Source: a virus
Lineage: Duplodnaviria; Caudoviricetes
Length of the DNA: 25,747 bases
Strand: one strand, 5' to 3'
Virus record (IMG/VR): IMGVR_UViG_3300015370_000046
Span: 1-25,747 of that record
The position numbers and the translations under genes are program-made. Shown here piece after piece: positions 1 through 8,739 of the stretch. How positions within the stretch are numbered: the stretch's first letter is position 1; every line of letters starts with the position of its first letter. The notes under the pieces were generated by a model. It was not told the DNA's origin, searched no databases, and saw only the letters and a program-made list of their open reading frames with translations.

Positions 1-1857
1 GGGTGGTGTTCCGCCACCGGGGGGAGGTGTTCCGCCACCGGTAGGCGGCCCCCAAGTCTTGGTATCTGGATTCCAGATCTCTCCATTAGGACCCACAGGA
101 GATGCGCCTCCATAGTCGACCCCGGAGGTCTGGAAATTAACCAGAAGCGCAGCCAAGGTCTCCGTGGTATCCTCCCACCATCCCGTGGCCTCAGCCCGAG
201 CGATGATTTCATCCAGATCAAACTGATCCCAGGCTAACTCCATCTTGGAGTTGAACTGATCGATGGTCGCTTTCAACTCCGCCTGGCTCATCCCCATCTG
301 GGCCGCGAACTGCGCCCGGCCCTCTTCTGTGGCTGTGTCGAACTGCCTCGCAGCCTCTTTGAACTTCTGCTCATCCAGGCCAAATTCCTGAGCCCACTGA
401 CTGGTAAGCTCCTGAAACTTCGTGACCTCGTGCGACAGGGCTCGGTCTCGGTAGTCCATCTCCTGGTCGAACTCACTCACCCGCAGGCGAAGCTCCTCCC
501 AACTGATCCCCATCTCCGCCGCCAGCCGCTCCTGCTCCCGCGTGTCGCCAACGTCAAACTGGCGCTTCGCTTCAGCGAACTTCTGCCCGTCCATGCCAAA
601 TTCTTGGGCCCACTGATTAGTGATCTCAGTGAATTTCTGCTTCTCAAACGCTAGAGCTTTGTCGCGATATGCTATGTCCTGATCGAACTCCTTGACTCGC
701 TGATCCAACTCTGCCCAGCTCAGTCCCATCTGCTGGGCCAATTTCTCCTGCTCAAATTGAGTGCCTACCTCGAACTGCCGGCGAGCCTCAGCGAACTTGT
801 CCCTATCCAAACCAAGAGACTCAGCAAATTGCTTCTCCTGAATCTTGATCTGTTCTTTCCGTAAGAGGTATTCCTGGTCGAACTCACTGATCCGCTGTTC
901 AAGCTCCGCCCGGGACAACCCCAGAGACTGCGCGAACTGATCCTTCTCAATCTCGGAGGCCGTGTCATACTGACGCCTGGCCTCAGCGAACTTCCGTTCA
1001 TCCAACCCGAGAGAAGCGGCAAACTGCTCTGCTTGATTCCGAATCTGCGTTTCCTGCAGGGCGATTGTTCTGTCAAACTCAAGCATGCGCTGATCAAGCT
1101 CTGCCCTCGACAGCCCCAAAGACTGAGCAAACTGATCTTTCTGGATATCAGTCGAAGTCTTGTACTGCCTCTGAGCCTCAGCAAACTTGGCAGTATCCAA
1201 CCCGAGAGAAGCAGCAAACTGATCTGCCTGATTCCTGACCTGCTGCGCCTGCAGTCCAAAAGAGCTGTTGAACTCGAGGATGCGCTGATCAAGCTCTGCA
1301 CGAGACAGCCCCATCGACGCTGCGAATTGATCCTTCTCGATGTCGGTAGCCGTATCGTACTGCCGAACTGCCTCAGTGAACTTCTGGCTCTCCAGACCGA
1401 ACTGGGCAGCCCACTGGCCAGCATCTTTTTCCATCCTCTCGCGCTCAATCTTCAAGCGCTCCGCCTCCAGCCCCAACCCCTGCTCTCGTTCGATCTGGGG
1501 GACCATCACAGACTCGGCCATCTGGGCGTAGATGTCCCGAGTCATGTCGCCGATCTTCTCCCGGCGCTCGTCAGAGAAACGCAGCCCCTGCGACTCGTAA
1601 TACTGCTCCAGGTCCTTGCGACCCTTCTCAGCCTGGTCCAGGTAAGGCTTGGCGCGATACTTGAAGACCCGCTCCCTGTCCGCCTCGCTCATGCCCGTCG
1701 TGGGTTGAGCCATTTCGCCCAGACCAAGGCCCGGCACTATGGGAGTTGCACCAGGGGACCAAGCCTGTTGAAGGACATCCTCTGCATCCGTTACACCTTC
1801 AGGAGGAGTGATCGCTGGAATCGGAGGAGAATTAGGAGTAACTAAACCGAGTGTCAT
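1..1857 (-). CDS. Putative DNA ejection / internal virion (pilot or tape-measure-like) protein, partial, >=619 aa, open at the left edge
   Basis: Not in the ORF track because it has no stop in the window. Translated by hand from ATG 1857 (MTLGLVTPNSPPIPAI...) with no stop down to base 1 (...WGPPTGGGTPPPGGGTPP). It starts right after the tail gene stop at 1859, contains long helical Q/E/A-rich repeats, and sits where podoviruses keep ejection proteins. Confidence 0.75.
   Translation of the reverse strand, partial: MTLGLVTPNSPPIPAITPPEGVTDAEDVLQQAWSPGATPIVPGLGLGEMAQPTTGMSEADRERVFKYRAKPYLDQAEKGRKDLEQYYESQGLRFSDERREKIGDMTRDIYAQMAESVMVPQIEREQGLGLEAERLKIERERMEKDAGQWAAQFGLESQKFTEAVRQYDTATDIEKDQFAASMGLSRAELDQRILEFNSSFGLQAQQVRNQADQFAASLGLDTAKFAEAQRQYKTSTDIQKDQFAQSLGLSRAELDQRMLEFDRTIALQETQIRNQAEQFAASLGLDERKFAEARRQYDTASEIEKDQFAQSLGLSRAELEQRISEFDQEYLLRKEQIKIQEKQFAESLGLDRDKFAEARRQFEVGTQFEQEKLAQQMGLSWAELDQRVKEFDQDIAYRDKALAFEKQKFTEITNQWAQEFGMDGQKFAEAKRQFDVGDTREQERLAAEMGISWEELRLRVSEFDQEMDYRDRALSHEVTKFQELTSQWAQEFGLDEQKFKEAARQFDTATEEGRAQFAAQMGMSQAELKATIDQFNSKMELAWDQFDLDEIIARAEATGWWEDTTETLAALLVNFQTSGVDYGGASPVGPNGEIWNPDTKTWGPPTGGGTPPPGGGTPP
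240..1416 (-). repeat. In-frame tandem repeat: three 195-bp units (65 aa), two 216-bp units (72 aa), one partial unit
   Basis: Units start at 1416, 1221, 1026, 831, 615 and 399. Consensus is Q[FW]AxxxGLDxxKFxEAxRQ[YF]DxxxxxxxxQFAxxMGLSxAELxQRxxEFD. Confidence 0.9.
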
Positions 1858-1858
1858 A

Positions 1859-3409
1859 TCACGTACTCTTCATTCGTTTGAGGAGATGGGGGATCGTGAA
1901 AGCTGTAAGGATGTGCGGCGTCTCCCCCGAACTGGTGCGCGTGATATCCAACTGCACCCCGCGCCCGTCTACATTCAAACTGACGTGCCCCTGCGACAAT
2001 GAGGTGTCCGACAGGTAGGACTCATCCAAGCGGAACCCCACATCAAGAAGATCCCCAGAGACCCCCATGGACAGGGTCTTCTGCACTGGTGTTTGCCCAC
2101 CCAGAGTCGTGGCGGCGATGTTGAAGTCAATATTAGCGGTGACCTCACCGTCAATAATCACCTCGCGAGTAGCAACGATCCCCGGGTAGCCAAAGTTCAT
2201 AAATCCAGTCTGAATCTGATATCGAATGGCCACCCCGTTATCGGTCAGGCCGGAGTCTGTATTGCTCGTCCCGAAAGCCTCATAAACGTACCCATCCAAG
2301 CCCCCGAAGAGCGTTCGATCCAGAAGGCTGGAATCCCGCCAGTTACAGCCACAGTTGAACTGCGTGGCGGAGGAAGATAACCCCCTCGGGAAGATGCTCC
2401 AGGCGTCAAGCTGATCCTGCCACACCATTACTGCATCGTGATGTGCCGAACCCCCCTCACTCACCAGAAACATCACCTCAGTCCAGGGGGAGCCACGCTC
2501 TACCGCCTGGATCTGATAACGACGAGACTGGTTCAAGCTATCCCAGTAATCTTGAACCTCTGGCGTGAGGAGCTTGACTCGCATGTTGGGATCAATGCGG
2601 TTGAGCCCCTTGGCTCCAGCGTAGTAGGTGTACCCGTCCTTGGTGAAGATCGACCCCTTGCTCACACACCCATCTGCTCCTGCAATGGGGAGGGCCCGCC
2701 AAGTAGCCCCTTCGTGAGGCTGATACTCCAGCATGTAGACGACGTGCTCGTAGAAAAGGATCACAACGTTCTGCGAGTGCAGCGTCATCCCTACAGCTTT
2801 ACTACGCCTCTGGGTGTCGATCTTCCCACCATTGGGGAAATCCCAGGTCCCGTAAGCCGTGTGATAAAGCGTGTAGTCATCCAAAGCCAGAATGTGACCG
2901 TGATGCTCGATCATATCCGCCGGACTGAAGTTCCCCTCGGGAACAAGCCCCAGGTCGGAGATTGGAACGGCCGACTGCCCATTGCGCACGGCAAACGGAA
3001 TATTGGTGCCATCCGCTCCAAATAACCAGTTATACGACCCGTCGGTGAAGTTCCCCCAACGGATATGCTTGTTCTCCCCACTGGCGATAGTTGCCGTCCC
3101 AGTAACATTGGACCAGGCATCAACTACCCGCAGCATCAGTGCTCCGCCGGCTACAGCGTAGAGATCGCGAGTGATACCCCACTCATCCATATACAGGGCC
3201 TGCACTGGAGCACTGCCGTTCACCTGGGCTAAGACATAGGGTTTGTATCCCCTACGGGAGAGCAGGCGAGCCCGGCCGATAACGTGGTAGTTCCGAAGAC
3301 GATTAACTTTGCAGGCCCGTCCACCATACACAGACTGGTCCGTCAGGGCGGAGCGGTCGTCTTCACCCAAAACACGATCAATGATGTGTGGACGGCGGAC
3401 GGTCGCCAT
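1859..3409 (-). CDS. Tail nozzle / head-stabilisation protein (P22 gp10 / T7 gp12-like beta-propeller)
   Basis: 516 aa, beta-rich, with GCVSKGSI...YYAGAKG (GCxxxxS motif) and a C-terminal IQTGFMNFG segment. It lies between the adaptor and ejection genes. Confidence 0.7.
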   Translation of the reverse strand: MATVRRPHIIDRVLGEDDRSALTDQSVYGGRACKVNRLRNYHVIGRARLLSRRGYKPYVLAQVNGSAPVQALYMDEWGITRDLYAVAGGALMLRVVDAWSNVTGTATIASGENKHIRWGNFTDGSYNWLFGADGTNIPFAVRNGQSAVPISDLGLVPEGNFSPADMIEHHGHILALDDYTLYHTAYGTWDFPNGGKIDTQRRSKAVGMTLHSQNVVILFYEHVVYMLEYQPHEGATWRALPIAGADGCVSKGSIFTKDGYTYYAGAKGLNRIDPNMRVKLLTPEVQDYWDSLNQSRRYQIQAVERGSPWTEVMFLVSEGGSAHHDAVMVWQDQLDAWSIFPRGLSSSATQFNCGCNWRDSSLLDRTLFGGLDGYVYEAFGTSNTDSGLTDNGVAIRYQIQTGFMNFGYPGIVATREVIIDGEVTANIDFNIAATTLGGQTPVQKTLSMGVSGDLLDVGFRLDESYLSDTSLSQGHVSLNVDGRGVQLDITRTSSGETPHILTAFTIPHLLKRMKST

Positions 3410-3410
3410 G

Positions 3411-3674
3411 CTACCTCTTGAACAGCCTCATCACCAGGGGGGCCGTAGCCTGGAGGGCCTGGAAGGACTGCTCAACCAACTTCTCCACCTCAACCTGGGT
3501 CCAGCTCTTCCCCCCGGGAGAAGACTCAGAGCGGGCATTGTCGACGGTGCTGTACACGTCCTGCCACTCCTTGAAAGCACTACGCAGCCGCTTGGCTTTG
3601 ATGGCTCCTATGAGCGCCACAGCGCCTCCAATGACCATCTGCCATGTCACTGCCAGGCCGAATATCTCCACCAT
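3411..3674 (-). CDS. Small membrane protein, holin-like
   Basis: Likely start is ATG 3674 after a GGAG RBS. N-terminal TM segment (IFGLAVTWQMVIGGAVALIGAI) followed by KAKR and an amphipathic tail with SPGGKSWT. Confidence 0.45.
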   Translation of the reverse strand: MVEIFGLAVTWQMVIGGAVALIGAIKAKRLRSAFKEWQDVYSTVDNARSESSPGGKSWTQVEVEKLVEQSFQALQATAPLVMRLFKR

Positions 3675-3679
3675 GCTAT

Positions 3680-4378
3680 CTATCTCCTGTAGACATTCCC
3701 CCCCCAACTGGGGGACTGGATGGGCTCCTCCTCGCGGGGAGCATGATCGTAGGCTCGCATTTCCACCTCATGGCGCTGCACCCACTGGTTCACCAGCAGT
3801 CCAATGGCGTTGTCGTCTTCCTGGTGCGCACCGATAATCTTGGCCAGATCAATCACATACTCCTGGAGATCATCATACATCGCCAGATCTGCCGTGGTAT
3901 CTGACAGATCCTCCCCCCGGAAGTAGTACCCCTTCAGGGTGGGATTGGCTGTAACGAAGGTGGTGTCAGGCTTCTTACCTACGATGATCGCCTGGCCCAT
4001 CTCTGTGATATACTGCGGGCTCCCCCCACTAGCTGTAGAATCCTTCCAAGATGCCCCACCGAGGAACCTGTCAATCCTGCCAATGCTCTCCCTCCAAACC
4101 AAGGACGTATCGCCGTATCGGAAAGAGTTCCCGTCGATGCGAAGTGGCCGCGTCAATGCAGCCGCCGTCCAGATTGACGAGGTATAAGGGTAGCGGTAGG
4201 TGCCGGGCGTCAGGGTCAACTCCAGCTCGTTCTTCCAACACTCGAAGTCGAGCCGCTGAATCCCTCGGATAGCCCTGAAGATCCACCGGTTGACGGTGAG
4301 AGCCTCTGCCGTGAGGGAGGTCTCCTTGTGTAGCTCTTCCGCTACATGGGGGCGAATGTCGTCTATCGAGAAGGCCAT
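3680..4378 (-). CDS. Head-tail adaptor / connector protein
   Basis: 232 aa with helical N- and C-termini and a central LTLTPGTYRYP beta region. Positioned between capsid and nozzle genes. Confidence 0.6.
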   Translation of the reverse strand: MAFSIDDIRPHVAEELHKETSLTAEALTVNRWIFRAIRGIQRLDFECWKNELELTLTPGTYRYPYTSSIWTAAALTRPLRIDGNSFRYGDTSLVWRESIGRIDRFLGGASWKDSTASGGSPQYITEMGQAIIVGKKPDTTFVTANPTLKGYYFRGEDLSDTTADLAMYDDLQEYVIDLAKIIGAHQEDDNAIGLLVNQWVQRHEVEMRAYDHAPREEEPIQSPSWGGNVYRR

Positions 4379-4387
4379 GGAGCCTCT

Positions 4388-4732
4388 CTATTTCTTGGTG
4401 GGCCGGCGGGAAACCTGATCAGTGACCTGGGGGGGGATGAGACCCAACTCCTGCAGGCGTGCGTCAACAACAGCGATGATCTGCTCTCGCTCGCTCTTCA
4501 GGATGGCATCGGACGGTACGATAAACGCCCTGCGCGAGCCCCACATACCGACGTTGCCGTTGTTCAGAAGCTCCTGCTGGTCCTCAGACGACGGGACCTC
4601 GGCAATCTTGCGCCCCCCAAAGTCCGGGTTGGCAGCAAAGCTCACTCGGCCCAGGCGCAACGTGCTAACGCCCACCTTGTCACTGTAGCCGGCCTCGCCG
4701 GGCTTGAGGATGTACTCTACGAGGTATGCCAT
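4388..4732 (-). CDS. Hypothetical protein (virion morphogenesis region)
   Basis: 114 aa, ATG start, fills the gap in the minus-strand operon. Confidence 0.65.
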   Translation of the reverse strand: MAYLVEYILKPGEAGYSDKVGVSTLRLGRVSFAANPDFGGRKIAEVPSSEDQQELLNNGNVGMWGSRRAFIVPSDAILKSEREQIIAVVDARLQELGLIPPQVTDQVSRRPTKK

Positions 4733-4751
4733 GATTTCTTTCTTGTGAATA

Positions 4752-4780
4752 GGGGGAGGAGCGATCTCCCCTCCTCCCCC
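4752..4780 (-). terminator. GC-rich hairpin, probable partial terminator or mRNA stabiliser after the capsid and decoration genes
   Basis: GGGGGAGGAG-N9-CTCCTCCCCC is a perfect 10-bp stem. It is followed only by TATTC on the minus strand, a weak U-tract. Confidence 0.6.
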
Positions 4781-4812
4781 AGAGGTCGTTCTGCTATCCA
4801 GCCAGGAGCAGG

Positions 4813-5427
4813 CTACCGAGGATAGGAGATCGTTGCAATAGCGGTGACGTATGTGGTGTCACCAGCCGACGCGTCAGGATCAACAATCAGCCGCACGAAC
4901 TGGCCGTTGGCAATCATGTACTGGTCGATCTGACTGTTGATCGTCATACCAACCTGTGTAGCATGGCCGACGGAGGTGTCAGGGAAAGCCCCGGCGCGGG
5001 GAAGCATAACCCACATCGTGGAATCCTTGGCCGTATTGTCCACCCCGCCGATCTGACTGCCTTTCGTATTGTCGACGGAGTAGCTCTTGAGGATGGTGTG
5101 CCAGGCTGCTGTCTTCAGGGCTGACTGGCCAACCTGCGCATAGATGGTAAAGTCGCAGTCGTCCTCAATGCCCTGGGAGATGATCTCAACGGACACGGCC
5201 TCCGCACCAGCAATGTTCATCGCGTAGGTCGTGTCGCTGAGGGTACCAGCAACCAACGTGTCCACCCTCACCCCACCGGAGCCGAGAATGGCACCCGAAG
5301 AGAACCAGCGCATGGTGTCGGTCTTGACGTAGCCGATCGACCCACGGTAATCGGTAATAGCGCCGTCGCCAAAGGACGCGCCGACGAGCAGGGCCAGGAT
5401 GGCGGTTACAACAATCAGCTTCTTCAT
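4813..5427 (-). CDS. Signal-peptide-bearing beta-rich protein in the capsid decoration slot
   Basis: MKKLIVVTAILALLVGASFG|D is a classic Sec/SPI signal. Strong GGGGAGG RBS, start 15 nt after the capsid stop. Mature region is G/T/S/A/V-rich and jelly-roll-like. Confidence 0.7.
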   Translation of the reverse strand: MKKLIVVTAILALLVGASFGDGAITDYRGSIGYVKTDTMRWFSSGAILGSGGVRVDTLVAGTLSDTTYAMNIAGAEAVSVEIISQGIEDDCDFTIYAQVGQSALKTAAWHTILKSYSVDNTKGSQIGGVDNTAKDSTMWVMLPRAGAFPDTSVGHATQVGMTINSQIDQYMIANGQFVRLIVDPDASAGDTTYVTAIATISYPR

Positions 5428-5442
5428 GGTGTCATCCTCCCC

Positions 5443-6561
5443 TTAGACTTCTGTGGCAGTGTAGATGCCCCAGATGGCCATCGACTGGTTGAAGGTGGTC
5501 CCCGAGTTGGGGGCCCAGTCGAAGCGAGACTGCCCGTAGATCTCCTTGATGCCGAGACCGAAGATGTCCTCGTAGTCGTCTTCCTTGCGGCGGACGAGGC
5601 GCGGACGCGAAGTGACGCCCTCTGCCACTGCGTCGGCACCCAGAAGGATGCACCGGCGGGCGTTGGGGTTGGTAGCACTGGCACGGATGCGCGAGTACTT
5701 GTACACGTAGATCCCGGCATACTCGAAGTCGGCCGCCCCAAACAGAGGGTTGTCCTTCTTGTCGCGAGGATACGCGTTCTGCAACGAAGCCTGGATCTCA
5801 CTGTTCGAGATCAGATCGTTGTAGTTGAACGGATGCACCAGGAGGACGTACCCCTCCATGCCCTTGAAGGTGACCGGACTAATATTCTTGGTCTCCACAA
5901 AGGAGCACATCCGGCGAAGCTCGGCAGGAGACAGCCGATCGCTGGTCCCCAAGGAAGCGTCGTCAGTGGCCGCACCGGCCCACTTCTGATTCGCCGTCGG
6001 GGGAGAAGACGCGGTCTGCGAAAGGCCTGCCTTGACGTGGCCAGACCACTTGTAATAGATGGCGTCGAGGGTGTTCTCCTCACGCTCCGCTGCCGACCAG
6101 TCGGTCAGCAACCCACCGAGCTGCGCAGTAACCTTGAACTCGGTCCTCAGATCCTGAATCTCCGGGGTCACCGTGCTCGTTGCGTGCTTGGACTGCTCGG
6201 TAAATGCGATGCAGTTGTGCAGTGCAGCCAGTTCCTCCTGATCAACCATCGTGTTCGAGGAACTAACACCATACGTTCTGGCGTTGAGACTGCGCTCACC
6301 GGTAGCCTGCGTCCGGTTTCTGGTCAACTGCATCATCAGGCCAACGCGCACTTCCTGTGCCCGCTTGCCATTCAGCGCTTCGAGACTGCGAATGGGCAGT
6401 CCAGCGCGCCGCTCAAAAGCCGACTCGCCCCCAATGTCCTTCCCGACCATGTTCTTCTTGTTGAAGAAGAGCTTGTCCTGCGTCTGACGATGAAGAACAG
6501 ACGAGAACGCGATACGAGTCAGGTTATTGGTAAGGGCTGTGCCGGTAACAAGAGATGCCAC
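5443..6561 (-). CDS. Major capsid protein (HK97 fold, N4-gp56/DUF4043-like)
   Basis: 372 aa with YVLLVHP..YNDL, NPLFG...YAGIYVY, CILLGADAVA and EDDYEDIFGLGI..IYG motifs. Directly follows the scaffold gene. Confidence 0.88.
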   Translation of the reverse strand: MASLVTGTALTNNLTRIAFSSVLHRQTQDKLFFNKKNMVGKDIGGESAFERRAGLPIRSLEALNGKRAQEVRVGLMMQLTRNRTQATGERSLNARTYGVSSSNTMVDQEELAALHNCIAFTEQSKHATSTVTPEIQDLRTEFKVTAQLGGLLTDWSAAEREENTLDAIYYKWSGHVKAGLSQTASSPPTANQKWAGAATDDASLGTSDRLSPAELRRMCSFVETKNISPVTFKGMEGYVLLVHPFNYNDLISNSEIQASLQNAYPRDKKDNPLFGAADFEYAGIYVYKYSRIRASATNPNARRCILLGADAVAEGVTSRPRLVRRKEDDYEDIFGLGIKEIYGQSRFDWAPNSGTTFNQSMAIWGIYTATEV

Positions 6562-6571
6562 TATCGTTACC

Positions 6572-7507
6572 TCACATTGGTGCCCCGCTCCCCATCAAAC
6601 TCACCTGGCGATTGACACCCTCTTCGATGATCGATCCCATCACATCGGCTCCGACCTTCTCAGCAAAGTCCCACGCCGCCCGGCTATTCTCCGGTAAAGC
6701 AGAGTAGTAGTCGAACATCTCCCCGGCAGACGCGTCCTGTTTGGGCACGCCTCCTTCTCCAAGGATAACCGCCGTCGCCTTGCCGTTGCTTCCACGCTCA
6801 CCGAGTCCCTTGTTGAACCCCTGGGTGCGGATATTCTCCTCGTGGTACTCCCTACGAGAAAGTCGATCCGCATCCTCCGCAGCCTTCGTGGTGAACTGAA
6901 AAACCCCGGCCTCACGATTGAACGCACCATACCCCAGCTGTTCGATCCGAAGACCGTCCATTTGCGTACGCAGGCGCGTCTTGTCGTCCCCGACGATGTC
7001 GTTCTCCTTGCAGTAGGCGTCGAGTATCTGTTCGTTGGCAGAGACAGCCTGGTTGCGAGCGACCTTACCCGTAGCGCGGGTCTCGGCCATCTTCACCCCC
7101 TCTGTCATCTCTGTCTTTAGGCCCCTGTTCTCCTTCCGCAACTCCGCCATCTCCGCGCGCAAAGAGGCCAACTCAGAAGCAGTGCTCGACGCGAACTTCT
7201 CCGGGTCGTCAAGAGGATTGCCCAGGTCCACAACGCGCGGAACCTCCGCAGTCTTCCTGCTTCCACCTCGAAGTTCTGCCACATCTGCTCTCAAAGCTGC
7301 CACTTCTCGCTCCGTTTCTGACATGGTTGCGGCTCGTTTATCAAGAGCCTCTTTTTCGCGCTTCAACTCTGCGGCTCGGGCCTCCTGCGTAGCTTGCCAC
7401 TTCTCGTTACGCTTGAAGTCCTGCCAAGCCTTGCGCGGTACCTGCTCGCCGTCGACATCCATCAGGTCGTCAGGGCCGGATTCTCCGGGTGTACGAACTT
7501 TGGCCAT
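6572..7507 (-). CDS. Capsid scaffolding protein
   Basis: 311 aa, charged coiled-coil, with N-terminal VDGEQVP...W...QEARAAELKRE pattern. AAGGAG RBS. Immediately upstream of the capsid gene. Confidence 0.72.
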   Translation of the reverse strand: MAKVRTPGESGPDDLMDVDGEQVPRKAWQDFKRNEKWQATQEARAAELKREKEALDKRAATMSETEREVAALRADVAELRGGSRKTAEVPRVVDLGNPLDDPEKFASSTASELASLRAEMAELRKENRGLKTEMTEGVKMAETRATGKVARNQAVSANEQILDAYCKENDIVGDDKTRLRTQMDGLRIEQLGYGAFNREAGVFQFTTKAAEDADRLSRREYHEENIRTQGFNKGLGERGSNGKATAVILGEGGVPKQDASAGEMFDYYSALPENSRAAWDFAEKVGADVMGSIIEEGVNRQVSLMGSGAPM

Positions 7508-7612
7508 CGTGTCTCTTCTCCTTCAGTGTGCCGGCAGGGGCCCTGGGGCGTACCGACAGGGGCTGATGTTGGATGGGGTTTGAGGCTGGCGCTGCCTCGC
7601 TCCCCGCGTGAA

Positions 7613-7957
7613 CTATGCCCGCCCTGGCCTTCGCATCTGCGCCCTATTCTGGCGCTGCGGTAGACCTCGAACGGGGTTGCGCTGCTGCTGTTGCGTCTGA
7701 CCCACCGGAGCCTGCATCCCCATCTCTGGGGCTGGTGCCCCGCCGAGCTTCGGCGTCACTGGCCTTCGACCCATAGAGGCCGCCCCGGCCTGGGGGTTCT
7801 GCATCCCGGCCTGCCCCGCCATCCCAGTGGACGCCTGCTGGCCCGGGCCCTGAGCCTGCATACGGTACTTCCCCTGGTAGCGACGGCTGTAACTCAGCCC
7901 GAGGGACTCTGTTGCCCCGGAGTCTGAGCCCCGGTCACTTCTGGATTCACGCGGCAT
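7613..7957 (-). CDS. Small basic Q/G/M/R-rich disordered protein
   Basis: 114 aa, tightly packed in the operon, ends MRRPGRA. Confidence 0.55.
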   Translation of the reverse strand: MPRESRSDRGSDSGATESLGLSYSRRYQGKYRMQAQGPGQQASTGMAGQAGMQNPQAGAASMGRRPVTPKLGGAPAPEMGMQAPVGQTQQQQRNPVRGLPQRQNRAQMRRPGRA

Positions 7958-7960
7958 GAT

Positions 7961-8437
7961 CTATCTCTTCGCTGGCGCACGGCCAGCCTTACGATTGGCG
8001 GTATACCTGGTCTGCCGGGCGGTCCCGTATCGCGCCTCTGCCTCCCGATTCATGGTCTGAAGGCGCTCTACTACGCGAGGGTATGTATCCTTGTTCATTC
8101 TCGTGTTTGATTGAACACCCCTCAGACGGTCCAAGGCCTCTTGCTCTTCCCTGCCAGGACGCTGGCTGTCAAGCGCCTCCATTCTCGTCTTGTTCTCTGC
8201 CCTACCCGCAGCCACACGAGCAGGCTCCCCTGCATCCCACTCTCGCTGAGTTGGCCGAAGAGCGTCCTTGTTCACAGGCCCCTTTGTCTCAGCCGCTCTT
8301 TTATTCTGGGCCCGACTGCCTACTCCGTAAGTAGCCCGGTAGGGACTGCGAGAGCCAGAGCCATACCCACCACCGCCTCCACCTCCCTCTCCCCCTACGG
8401 AGCCTCCACGGCCTTCTTTACTCGGTGCACGTGCCAT
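7961..8437 (-). CDS. Small basic G/R-rich protein
   Basis: 158 aa, GAGGAG RBS region, poly-Gly N-terminus, ends RKAGRAPAKR. Confidence 0.65.
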   Translation of the reverse strand: MARAPSKEGRGGSVGGEGGGGGGGYGSGSRSPYRATYGVGSRAQNKRAAETKGPVNKDALRPTQREWDAGEPARVAAGRAENKTRMEALDSQRPGREEQEALDRLRGVQSNTRMNKDTYPRVVERLQTMNREAEARYGTARQTRYTANRKAGRAPAKR

Positions 8438-8448
8438 ACCCCATCTCC

Positions 8449-8712
8449 TCAGTTGGCTCGTCCGTTACGCGACTCCTGACGATTCGCTGCCCGCTGCCTA
8501 TCCCGTCTCCCCCCTTTTCGAAACTCCTCCTGTCTCCCCATCTGCAGCTGTCGCAGCATCTCTTCCTCACGCAGGGAGTCCTGCCCCTTCTCCTTCTCCA
8601 GAGGAGCTATCCCCTTGCTTTTTCCTGAAGGAGGACCCACCAGGCCGGAGTTGTACTTTTTCGCCCTATCGTAATCTTTCGTTCCCGCTTTTCCGTATCG
8701 TTTGATCGGCAT
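8449..8712 (-). CDS. Small basic protein, paralog of 9161..9373
   Basis: MPIKRYGKAGTKDYDRAKKYNSGLVGPPSG...NGRAN, with a GAGGA RBS. Confidence 0.75.
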   Translation of the reverse strand: MPIKRYGKAGTKDYDRAKKYNSGLVGPPSGKSKGIAPLEKEKGQDSLREEEMLRQLQMGRQEEFRKGGRRDRQRAANRQESRNGRAN

Positions 8713-8739
8713 CTGATTCCTCGGCTTCCTGGCTAGTGT

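Noticed and set aside
5-78. 16-bp direct repeat GGTGTTCCGCCACCGG and palindrome ATCTGGA-T-TCCAGAT at the left edge
   Set aside because: Both lie inside the ejection-protein CDS. The repeat encodes a GGGTPP linker and is truncated by the window.
288-1845. Listed ORFs 288..476, 430..654, 765..1448 and 1033..1845
   Set aside because: They are shadow frames of the repeat-rich minus-strand ORF 1..1857.
5428-5445. Capsid stop is in frame with the downstream gene across a 15-nt spacer, allowing a readthrough fusion
   Set aside because: The stop is TAA, the spacer is a strong RBS, in-frame placement has a one-in-three chance, and a fusion would bury a signal peptide.
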